From Catajapyx aquilonaris (taxonomy: Eukaryota), in the NCBI GenBank assembly GCA_000934665.2, contig KZ538260.1:62001-90596 (forward strand): DNA of 28,596 nucleotides, given 5' to 3'. How positions within the stretch are numbered: position 1 is the stretch's first letter; each line of letters begins with the position of its first letter. A program made the translations under genes and the position numbers. A model generated the notes under the pieces. The model had not been told where the DNA came from, searched no databases, and saw only the letters and a program-made list of their open reading frames with translations. Below are positions 1-9,960 of this stretch, in pieces.

Positions 1-447
1 CTATATGGGGAACGTATTACAACTTGCGCAATTTCTCCTCACCGATAGTGACAAGTGAAGTACTGTACTTTTTACTGCATGCGCGGTGTAATAAACGAGG
101 GTATAAGGAATTTTATGTGGCCATGAAGAAGAGTATACTACTACGTATTAGCGTGGCCATGTGAAATTCCGTTATCGATTATACCCGATTGAAATGTAAG
201 AAATATCCGCTTCCTGGTAATGCAACCCACAACCACTAATAGCTTACCAATTGAGTTATACAGTATAATCATGTAAAAAAAGGTGTCCGCTTAGCGGAAT
301 ATTCCCGATTATTATCATCGAACATATTGCTGCATCAAGCTTTTATAATGACTCACCTCCCAACCAAAAATAACTTACACTATTTTGGTCTTACAGTACA
401 GGCCAAGTAATACACATAATATTGACAGTAACTCATGTGGATTATCC

Positions 448-1405
448 CGGTCCCGGGTCTAATACCTACGGAAGAAATACGGACGGGATAAAATACCGAC
501 GGGAAAAAAGTGGAAAGGTCAAAATAACGACACCGGGAAAAGACCTAAATTGAAAATACTGACAGGAGGGAAAAACCTAATAAAAATATGACCGACCAAG
601 CAGAAATATTGGGAGAAAAAAACCGACAAGGGAAAAATTTATAACTAATGAAAGTAATATCGAAATTTACGGAATTACGAAATAAAAATTTAAAGACAAA
701 GTAGTACAACCGGATAAAACAGATTCCGGGAAGAATATATGTATTGGGGCGGTATGAAGAAATGACTCAGTTAGTAGATGAAATATATATAGGAAGAAGA
801 AGGCGAAATTACAAAGAAGAGAAAGATGGATTAAGGCGCATATAACAATATCAAGGCAACCCGTTCGAATGACGGGATAATATGGGGAAGAATTGTAGCA
901 AGGAAATAGAAAATAAACCAGGGTACAGGAGTAGGGTTGGAAAAAAAGCTGATTGGGTAGGAGAAAAAGGTGTCAGTCGTAAAAAAGGAAAGACGGGGAG
1001 AGGTGCAGGGATATGGATACTCATATATGACGGATTTACTTGAAACAAGGTAGAAAGGATTTTAATATAAGTGTTTTATAAAAGGTAAAGAGAACTTTGA
1101 TTTTTAGCATGGAAGATGCCAAAGTACGTATGGTACGGTCGCAGTGAAAATTATAATTATAGGGATTATAGTGGGGTCGAACAATAGAGATAGTAGGTAT
1201 TGCAGATGTATAATGAATAAGACCAAGATAAGACCAAGATGTATTTATGCGATGTTGTAATAAAGGTTGCAAAGGTGTTAAGGGCAACGAGACGTTAGTG
1301 TGTGTAGTTATTAAGGAGATGTCGGGGATGTATATTTTCGGTAATAAAGCTGTCGGAAATTTTTTCCGTCTGTATTATGTCTTTCGGTATTACGTACCAG
1401 GCCCG
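448..1405. mobile_element. Degenerate non-autonomous TIR element with sub-repeated ends (Mutator/Phantom- or foldback-like)
   Basis: The left end cggtcccgggtctaatacc resembles the reverse complement of the right end, cgggcctggtacgtaatacc. AAATAC(C/G)GAC-type motifs repeat at the left end and occur inverted at the right. Flanks gattatcc (440-447) and gtttatcc (1406-1413) could be a target-site duplication (TSD). The interior is strongly purine-skewed with no convincing ORF. Confidence 0.5.
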
Positions 1406-2771
1406 GTTTATCCACCACCCCTTCATTTCTCCACCTATTGAAGGGTTTTCTGGGTATTCACATGGGTATTCTCATATAAAATAATACTCCGTTTCTTCCC
1501 TCTCTCCAAAAAGCCCTACATCCGTGTTCTTCTCTCCCATTACTCGTGGCCTTAGTGACCTCCAATAAAATCTCCCTCAATTAACCAAACCAAAACCCAC
1601 TTCGCCTCTCCCCTCCCTTTCCTGTTTGATGCAACATGCTTATTGTATAAAAAGTAGTAGAATATGCACTGTTTGTAGCGCTTAAAGATTTTTGAAACCA
1701 GGCTGTTGATAATTAAGCAGTTATTTTTCTATAATTAAATCTACAGCAGTTGTCAAAATATTTTCTTCAAGTGTTAATACTGAAACCTCTATGAGAAAAA
1801 TGTTGAAGAGAAACATTCATTGATGAGACCCTCAATTGCGATAAATTTAAATAAAGACATTTCTAGTGACCCCTTATTTTGACCCATGGGCACCTGAGGT
1901 TGACCCATTTCCACAGCCTAGACCTTTCTGCATTAGCGAAAAAATATGCATCCTTTAGGCACAATAACATCAGGTAATAAGTTACAGTATATATTAATAA
2001 CTTTTAAAAGCAGCAGCTCAAGAGCAAGACAATGCTTTCAAATAATCAGAACTATAGTGCGAAAAATCTCTAACTTGTATGGACAATATTCCAATAGAAC
2101 CTAATATATTATACTGTAATGATTCCATACTATGCACAGTAGCTACTGTATTAACTGATTTTGTAAGAAAGTAACGTTTAACACTCCATGTAACGTCTTA
2201 CTCTATTTTTCTTCCTTGAAAAATATTATTCTTCAGTAACAGGCTGGTTAAAAATCTCATCCATGGAGTGACCTCCATGATGCGGAAGTTTATGCAATTA
2301 CGCAAAGTTGTGTATTTTGCGTTTGGCATTTCCTCACGAAATTATTTTCAGGGACGTTCAGTACTAAATAGCACATTTTAAAAGGTTTCCTCGGGTTTAC
2401 CTCTCTTATTCCCGGGACACTGTTTTACGTTTTCATATAAGTTACGTATTTCAGCGATTGCAGATGGCAACTAGTACAGTTTGTATGTGCAAGTGTGGGT
2501 GACAATACGGATTACGTATTGCATATAGGCCTGCAGGGTATTCCACTGTCCAAGTCCATATTTCAAGATATTTTCGCAACCAGTCTAAAGAAAGCAACAC
2601 ATAGTAAGCAACAATTTATGAATACCACATTAGCGTGTACCGGTAGTTAAATTTCTTTTCTGGTTCCTGCATGGTGTAGACGGTTTATAACGTCGTCTCT
2701 CTCTTCCCTCTTTCTAACTGGGGACTTGCGCAGCGTCACACCTTATGCAGTAGAATTAGTACGAGCAACAC

Positions 2772-2926
2772 CAAGGGGTTAACCACTTCGGTACTCCGAT
2801 GTACACCTGCAGTGGTACCCCCAGGTACTCATTAGTCATTAGGTACTTTACTCTTAGGTACTCCTTGGTACTAATTGAATGTTGGTACTCCAGTGTACAC
2901 TTTACAGTCGAGTGGTTAACTCCTTG
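2772..2926. mobile_element. hAT-like MITE (155 bp)
   Basis: TIR caaggggttaaccact against reverse-complemented right end caaggagttaaccact (15/16). 8-bp TSD agcaacac (2764-2771) / atcaacac (2927-2934). About 7 internal GGTAC motifs. Confidence 0.7.
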
Positions 2927-2952
2927 ATCAACACACTCTTACATGTACTGTA

Positions 2953-3163
2953 CAGTCGGCTCAAGGAGTAAGTTGCCAGACCCCTATTTTGAAATTAGCC
3001 TCCAACAGAGGTGCTGCCTAGGGGAGTGAGATTTATTGTATTTTTGGGATGCAGCACCTCTGTTCTTCCCAAAGATACAATAAATCTCACTCCCCTAGGC
3101 AGCACCTCTGTTGGAGGCTAATTTCAAAATAGGGGTCTGGCAACTTACTCCTTGAGCCGACTG
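2953..3163. mobile_element. Tc1/mariner-type hairpin MITE (211 bp)
   Basis: 97-bp inverted arms (2953-3049 and 3067-3163) with one mismatch and a 17-nt spacer. Ends CAGTCGGC...GCCGACTG, flanked by TA on both sides. Confidence 0.85.
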
Positions 3164-3500
3164 TACAACCTCTATCATGTTCGAGGGTTACATCTCTAAA
3201 GGCATTGCGTTACCCCAGTGCAGTGGCTCAATTAATGAATGTCTTGTGACAGTGACAATGAAAGAAAAATGAATGATCTTGTTTCCTTTCATTATTGTGC
3301 TCTAGAGTCTAGGAGATGGATACATCATGCAATTCTAGTATCAAAATATCAGCAAAATTTACCGTAGAAGCCAGTTGTGCAGAGCAATACGCAAAAATAT
3401 TACTGTGGTTACAGTATAGGCTTTTATGGTATTGTCTACCATACAAGGTAATAGGGCTACTTAATAAGAAACGTTCTCTTTTCTTTCACGCTTCCGTTCC

Positions 3501-3506
3501 TTTATT
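3501..3506 (-). promoter_or_regulatory. Putative polyadenylation signal (AATAAA) of pro-resilin-like gene 1
   Basis: tttatt on the + strand, about 255 nt downstream of the stop codon; the first canonical hexamer I saw. Confidence 0.45.
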
Positions 3507-3760
3507 CGAATATGTAAAAGTAAAAATAGACTACGATATATACATAACACAAGCAACTAATATAAACTTAAAATAGTGCAGCATAAATAATGTGAGCAAC
3601 AAAAACTAGTAACGACACGCAGTCCAGGTCTATGCAGGCAGCTGTCAAGGAGTCACAGCAAAGCAAATGCATACTAGATGATGACAAGAGCAAAAGAGCA
3701 TACAGATTCAGTCAAAGCAACACCTATAAATTAATTACACTCTTTGTTTAAAAAAGGGTT

Positions 3761-4903
3761 CTAACGGCGGCCGTACGTAGACGGAGGTGCTCCGTAACCA
3801 CCTGACGGCGCTCCTCCGTAACCGCCGCCTCCGAAACCACCGCCGCCTCCGGAACCTCCTCCGTATCCACCACCACCTCCGCTGCCGCCACCACCGCCTC
3901 CGTAACCCCCTTGGCCACCCTGGTATTTGACCTGAGCGTTGAACCCATTCTGCCAGTCAGCTGTGTACTTGACTATCTGCGTCCTTCCGTCAGGAAGGAG
4001 GACCTGGTACTGACCCTTCACCACGTTGCCGTCGCTGGTTTCGTGCTGACCGAAGTCGCTTCCGCTGTACTTGTCAGCCACTTGGTACTTGAAGTTGTAC
4101 GGTTTTGGTGGGTACGACTGTAAAAATTGAGTGATACTAACTTGGACCATCACGGAGAGATTATAGCTTACCTAAAAATTATTACTGAATCATATTAATA
4201 TTATTGTTGCTTGTACATAAGGATGGAGACCACGTCTCATAGTCAATGTAAGTCTATTGTATTGTTATATCACTTTAAACCGCTCTCGTGCAATGCATTT
4301 TATTTCCTTATGGCTGTCAGCGATCACGCTCGTCGTGACGTCAGCTGCAACCGAGTCCCCCGCAAATTGCACTGGTTCTATTATGACCAATTGGTTACGT
4401 ATGGCCTGCGATAAATTCCAAGTATTCCTCATGCCAGCTACTTGGCCGCAATGGAATAGCATGAAAGGAACAGCGACAATGAGATACCGCACATTTTTGC
4501 GGGATTTCATTGAATAGTCAGCGTCCTGGTTAATCGCTACTGCATAAAATGAGTTATAAATAATCAATTAATAATATATGCATGTCCTGCTTACCGGCTC
4601 TTGTCCATATCCACCCCCTCCTCCTCCACCACCGCCGCCATACCCGCCGCCTCCCCCGCCGCCTCCATAACCTCCTCCTCCTCCTCCTCCTCCTCCACCT
4701 CCTCCATATCCACCCCCACCTCCGCCAAATCCTCCATATCCACCACCACCACCCTTGGACGGTGCCCCATACTGCGGCGGTGGTTCTGCTCGGATGCCCC
4801 CAATGGCAACCATGGCCACCAATGCAACAATCTGAAAATCCACTCAAATGAGAAACCCCATCTCTATTCAAGCAAACGGCATGGTACTTACCCGCAGACT
4901 CAT
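3761..4903 (-). CDS. Pro-resilin-like cuticle protein 1 (RR-2-type chitin-binding domain, Gly-rich), about 201 aa; complement(join(3761..4117,4595..4831,4892..4903))
   Basis: Exon 1 MSLR, then gtaagt...ttttcag; exon 2 signal peptide IVALVAMVAIGGIRA-EPPPQYGAP plus poly-G/Y, then gtaagc...tttttacag; exon 3 SYPPKPYNFKYQV...GQYQVLLPDGRTQIVKYTADWQNGFNAQVKY (R&R consensus, Chitin_bind_4) with a Gly-rich tail ending YGAPPSTYGRR*. Both introns are GT-AG, phase 0. Confidence 0.93.
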
Positions 4904-4938
4904 ATTTGAAGGTGTTTCTTGAGCCGTGGGTGCTGTTG

Positions 4939-4976
4939 GACTGGTGCTGTCTCCATGACTCGGCCTTCCTTATATA
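4939..4976 (-). promoter_or_regulatory. Core promoter of gene 1: TATA box and arthropod Inr
   Basis: TATATAAG (4976-4969) and Inr-like CCAGTC (4944-4939), upstream of the ATG at 4903. Same spacing as in gene 2. Confidence 0.7.
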
Positions 4977-4999
4977 TCCAAACCTTGTGCTTGAGTGAG

Positions 5000-5126
5000 C
5001 ATTTCTTCATATTCAGAGGCACGGTCATGCTCATTTTTGTTTCTCTCTATTCTATTTTACCCATGTAGCACCGGAATGCAGGCGTCCGCTAATAACCGTG
5101 AGAATTTCACCACCCAAACCTTTTGT
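5000..5126 (-). promoter_or_regulatory. Proximal upstream blocks conserved with gene 2 (GGTCA half-site; Su(H)/CSL-consensus CGTGAGAA)
   Basis: 5000-5031 aligns to 12985-13015 (26/32). 5086-5126 aligns to 13141-13181 and shares cgtgagaattt and ccaaa.cttttgt. Confidence 0.6.
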
Positions 5127-5759
5127 CCAAAGTTTTTTTTATTCTTTTTTTTTCCTGAGAGAGAATGGTGCGCCTCTTGTAGGGGGGGGGGGAAGGGATC
5201 TGAGGAACTCTAAGCTTCCCTTACGTCATTGTTGCGGTTTCCTCCCATGTATCTTTCATGAATGTTTGTTGCTTATAGATTCTTTGTTTATTCACGCTAA
5301 CGAGGCTGCTTTCGAGAAAGGTGCCTTTCGTAGCCAGCGCGAAATCAGGTCTGCCAATGTGTGTCCACAATGGCAGAGTCTCACCCATTCAAGGCGGGGA
5401 AAGTCATCGTGCTATATGAAAAGGGCTCATTTTTTTATAACTCAGGAAATAGTCCGTCATTTCATTTGGAGGTGCTGAATCGAGTGGGACATGTGCACCT
5501 GCTTTGGGAGTAAGTCAGCTGGTACAATATAGGCTCCCTGTAATGTCATGTTACATAAAAGGAAGGCCCAAACCATCTGTGCTCCTAACAAACTTGCCAT
5601 CGCATTTCTGGGTATCAAGGCATGAGTGTCACTTGAAAAGTCCGACATCAATGCTCCCCCAAGTTTAGCAGATACCGTACTTGTAGTTGCACGTATAATG
5701 TAGCCGATGAAGTCATTTTGGAACCACTTTAGGTGTAAGAAGGGTGACATGTCATAATG

Positions 5760-6860
5760 AGGCTAGTATACCACATATGAAATTTTACAGAATCTGGTTT
5801 TTTGCATACTGACGTTATTGTCATACAAGGATAATATTTTCCCCTTACATATAGTGTCGTATAATCAGCAACTAGTAATCTTGTTAAAACCCTTCTAGAC
5901 AAAACGTTCAAAGTCTTCAAACATTATTATTTAAAAATTCAAAATATGGAACTATGCCATAACGATGCAATAAGTGCCTCGTCCATTGCAAATAAAAACG
6001 AGGTATACGAGTAAGTGCCACAAAGGTTGCAGTTACTGTAGTATTGGCCCAAATAATTCAGCAAATTACCTCACTGAATAATTCAAACATGAACCTTAGC
6101 GCTGCTTCAACAACTATTTGTAGTATTCGGAGCATGTGGAGGTCTAAGTACGTCAACATTGTAGTGATGTCAGTGATTGGCTGCACTCGTTCTGTTACCT
6201 TCATGGACCGGAATGTTTCCTCAGACACACCAGCTTTGAGAATTTGCATATCTTTATAGGGTTGTAGTCCATGTCCGTCTCACAAGTCAGACTACACCAA
6301 TTTCCGGCGGAAGCCTTTGAAATTTTCAGCACAGATATGACTGTATCGATGTTTTTTCCTTCCAGTCGAAAACACCCTCAGAAGATAACAAGGAAAGACT
6401 GACTGATGTCAGAGATCAGCATTTTCTCTTTCTTCTCTCTATCCATCTCTATCAGTGCAAAGAGTCGTTTACATGCCAAAATGTGTGCCCTTTGACAGGA
6501 AACGTAAGGGTAATTTGTCCACAATACCGTTTCCAAACAAGTGTTTAGACCATTGCATTGTAAGAATGTGCTTATTCTTGTCTTGCCCTGAAAAATTGTC
6601 GCACCATAAAATCAGCTTACGACTTCCACCAGCAATAGGTGGCGGTTATTCCGTTGTCATCCTTTTGTACAAGCATGATGCTCCTTTCATTGCACCTCGC
6701 CCAGCCATGTATTCAGTCCATAAACACATTATTTGACGTTGGTCATTATTTTGCTACATGAATGCCTAAATATTGTAACAAACCAATTGTCGTATATAAA
6801 TACACCTCAGTGTGAACCAGTTGTGGCACATACATTACGGTACCTGCTGTAGGTCAGCTT
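5760..6860 (-). pseudogene. Decayed Sola1-like DDE transposase remnant
   Basis: Frameshifted minus-strand peptides appear in the expected order: DLQQV..YVPQLVHTEV, RQLVCYN, LGIH, MCLWTEYMAGRGA..ASCL, LILWCDNFSGQDKNK, FLSK-GHTF, FALIE. The core is about 6400-6860. A possible C-terminal FHMWYTSL lies near 5760-5785, so the lower boundary is uncertain. Confidence 0.7.
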
Positions 6861-7067
6861 GTGCAACCTGATCAAATGGCACCTGCCTAATTCTCTAATG
6901 GACCACTCCCAATTGGTCATTAATTGCAACTTAACATAGCTTGTCTATTAGGTGATTCAATTTGGCCTAATATTAACAGTTAATAGCCTACATCTGTTTT
7001 AGCATCTTATTTTTAAGCGAACAGCATAGCTTTTGTTTCACATTTCTCGAAAAGTTCCGTCGTTGTC

Positions 7068-7149
7068 GGGTTTTGATCCTCAGCGTCTTTTCTCCCCTTG
7101 ATTACCATATGGTAATCAAGGGGAGAAAAGACGCTGAGGATCAAAACCC
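7068..7149. repeat. Perfect 82-bp palindrome with no spacer
   Basis: gggttttgatcctcagcgtcttttctccccttgattaccat|atggtaatcaaggggagaaaagacgctgaggatcaaaaccc; 41-bp arms. Confidence 0.95.
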
Positions 7150-7193
7150 CATATCTGAAGCATAGCCTATCTCATTTTTGTTGAAAATGTCAG

Positions 7194-7930
7194 TTGGCGG
7201 TTTTTGATCCTCAGCCCCTCGACTCATGTGCTCTGTTCAAATCCCTTGCATATCTCGCCGCTGCTGTACCCCGTGTGCTGGACCCTACAGAACGAGTACA
7301 ACTCCAAAAAGTAGACGACCAATGGCGGAAAATGGTGCACAGGAAGTTCCCAAATGATTTCGCAGGGATGGCTGCTGACGAGTTCTGGGGCGCCGTTGGT
7401 GCACTCTCCAGTTTGAATGGGGTTCATGAGTTCAAGGTTAGTTAATTTACTAACAATACAATTAGTCGAAACGCGAATGGCATTTTAGAATTACATTTTA
7501 ATCACGAACCGACGTGTTTGTTGTAGGAACTTTCTGATTTCGCCATGGACATCCTGGCCCTTCCCCATTCCAGTGCCTGCTGCGAGCGGGTGTTTTCTAA
7601 AGTTAACATGATAAAAACTAAGGTGAGTTCATTGACTACTGGTTTGGATGATCTAAACAGCTACAATAAATTCTGCTTGCTCAATAGGTCAGGAACAAAC
7701 TCCAAACCGACACTATCAACGGGCTGCTTCTGGCAGCGCAAAATGTATCCACCGGTGCCCAGTTTGACGTGACCGCCTCCATGCTTTCCTGCATGACAAA
7801 GGAGAAGCTGTATCCCGAAAAGGAAGGGCGACGTCCACGTCTGCCAGGCGTCCTCGGGCTGGAAGCTGGAGTGGAGAAGCAAGACTCCGACTCCGACGCC
7901 GATGACATCTTGGAAATTTCCTTTTCTTAG
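7194..7930 (+). pseudogene. 5'-truncated, intron-containing hAT transposase, C-terminal dimerization region; join(7194..7436,7527..7622,7688..7930)
   Basis: The spliced product reads ...DDQWRK...DEFWGAV...EFK|ELSDFAMDILALPHSSACCERVFSKVNMIKTK|VRNKLQTDTINGLLL...FS*, matching the hAT dimerization motif. Two GT-AG phase-0 introns (90 and 65 bp) and no internal stops. No upstream exons are visible. Confidence 0.85.
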
Positions 7931-8829
7931 AAGGCCGCATCTTTCATTGTGTAACCTGAATTAATTAGTTGGAGTTAAAATGCATTATCTTTAAAGAAAT
8001 GTGAGACTGTTTAACAACGTAATGTGATGATAAATAAATCATGGACCATAGTTGGGCAACTTGACATACAACACTGTACCACAACCCTTTTATTAATATT
8101 TTAAATGGGGTGTTGTATTTATATATGTTATTTGAATAATAATTCATTATGCTAATCAGTTAGATTAATCATAGTTCAATCCTAAGCCAAAATATGCCAA
8201 GTTGACCAACTGTGGTCCGTGATTTATTCATCATAGCCTACATTACGTTGATAAACAGTCTCACATTATATTTCTTTAAATATAATGCATTTTAATCCAA
8301 ATAATTAATTCACGCTTCGCTTTCCGTTACTTTTTGGTATGAAAACGGAAAATAAACAGAGTAACGCAAATAGGGTTGGCCACCCATCACCCGTTCTGGC
8401 CACACGGGTATGGAAGAAATTAATCTTGTGTTGTTGTTGTCTAACACACATTTCCATGTTACTATATCAGCTATCAAGTAAGTTGTTTCATTTGTGAGCA
8501 CTATGCCATATGTATAAGTAATAATTTTTCCATATAGGCCTACAAGTAACTACATGTAAAACATTAAGTCCATCAACAACCTATGTGTGAAGTTTGACCT
8601 TGGCTATTTTTACACACGTTGCACATGTACAAATAAAGTTATGATTGCTTCATGTTCTTCACTATTTACTTCATCATCAGTAAGTTACTGGAAAAATGAT
8701 CGAAATCTGACTTTCCGTTATTCAGCTGCAGCACTAACAATCAAAGAGGGAAAAAATGTTCGATATTTCATCGATACCTAAAACGAAGCATACACAATAA
8801 TCCGAACTTGTCTGTCACCAACCCCTCCC

Positions 8830-8887
8830 CCATTTTCTCCAGGGTAATTATGTCCTGCGTAGGACATAATTACCCTGGAGAAAATGG
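8830..8887. repeat. Near-perfect 58-bp palindrome
   Basis: ccattttctccagggtaattatgtcct-gcgt-aggacataattaccctggagaaaatgg; 27-bp perfect arms. Confidence 0.9.
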
Positions 8888-9098
8888 CCAACCACAAGGA
8901 AATAATGAATTTTGGGAGGGGTTTTGGACTATATAAGAGTAGTTGGGACCTAGGTCCACAGTTGTGGGAAACAACAGGGTATGTATGTTTATATTCATGT
9001 CAACTGTTTCTCACCTCACTGGCCTAAATGGAAAGAAGAAGAAGAAAAAAAATCCTAATAACGACTCATTATTTTCAAATTATGGTACAATTGGCGGT

Positions 9099-9181
9099 AT
9101 CGTACGGTGCAGTATCGTACATCGTACAGAGGGTCGATTTATCGTACAAAACGATAATTATCGTACAGGTTGGCAACGCTG
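9099..9181. mobile_element. Right end (TIR plus subterminal repeats) of a hAT-type element, probably the one carrying the 7194-7930 transposase
   Basis: The end reads CAGCGTTGCCAACCTGTACGATAATTATCGT on the minus strand, with five ATCGTAC repeats. I found no matching left end in the window. Confidence 0.6.
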
Positions 9182-9620
9182 TGCAGGGGCCTTAACAGGG
9201 GCGCCAACTCAGGCCCAAGAGAGCCAACATTAACACGGGAGGGGGGCAGAGGCGGGCAGTCCAAACCCGCTCGCGACAACTTCTTGGCGCCACCCCCGCA
9301 AGTATGTCCGAATCTGTCAACTCCTGGCACACTTGTGTACGTCTTCATCTGCCGCTACAAAATCGTGGAACAACGCTGGCGCCGCCGGTGCTTTCAGCGA
9401 CGGATCTCCACACAGACAGGTCGTCAGGGTCATCTGAGTCTTCGGCGTCCTGGTCACTCCCCAAAACAGACACTGCCGACCACAGGATGCAACTTTTACC
9501 CCAACATTTCATTATATCGGGTTCAATACGAGCCGGGGAACCACCTTTCGTATTCGTTGTATACTGAAAATTTCGTAGTAACGCATTTAGTAATAACGGG
9601 ATTACAAATACATTGCTCTT

Positions 9621-9960
9621 GGGGGAGGTGTGGTGGCCGAGATGGTCCGATCCTCGCCTGGGAGTTGCCTTTCACTTGCATCGGCGAAGGTCTCTGACCC
9701 GCACCGTGGAGGTGTCTGGCAACCTAACCTCCTAGGGGACTGCACATAATGACACATAATGACAACTCACTTGCACCCGTGTCCCCTCCCCAAAAATCCC
9801 TATCCTTACCCAATGTCCTTGATTCCCTGCACCGGAGTTCGAAGAAAAATGGAAAGATAATACAGAAAATATGGCGGTGTCCCACGCCCTAAGAGAGCCA
9901 AGAGCTCTAGCACGGGGTACCGGTAGCAAAAATAAAATAAATAAATAAAATACATAAATA
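9621..9960 (+). mobile_element. tRNA-derived SINE, family A (head internally deleted)
   Basis: A-box tggccgagatgg is fused directly to a B-box-like ggtccgatcc. 3' tail ccctaagagagccaagagctctagcacggggta is followed by (AAAT)n. Imperfect TSD aaatacat(tgct)ctt / aaatacatctt. Confidence 0.7.

Noticed and set aside
1441..1597. Possible 3' remnant of another SINE (ggttttct...ctccgtttc, AATAAA, aaccaaacc tail)
   Set aside because: No head or TSD found; the similarity is too weak.
4554..4909. Overlapping poly-E, poly-S, poly-H/L and poly-R ORFs on both strands
   Set aside because: These are alternative-frame and antisense shadows of the GGN codon repeats in gene 1 exon 2.
9170..9697. 175-aa ORF; likewise the 189-aa ORF at 25550-26119
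   Set aside because: Each runs across junctions of unrelated repeats and has no recognisable domain.
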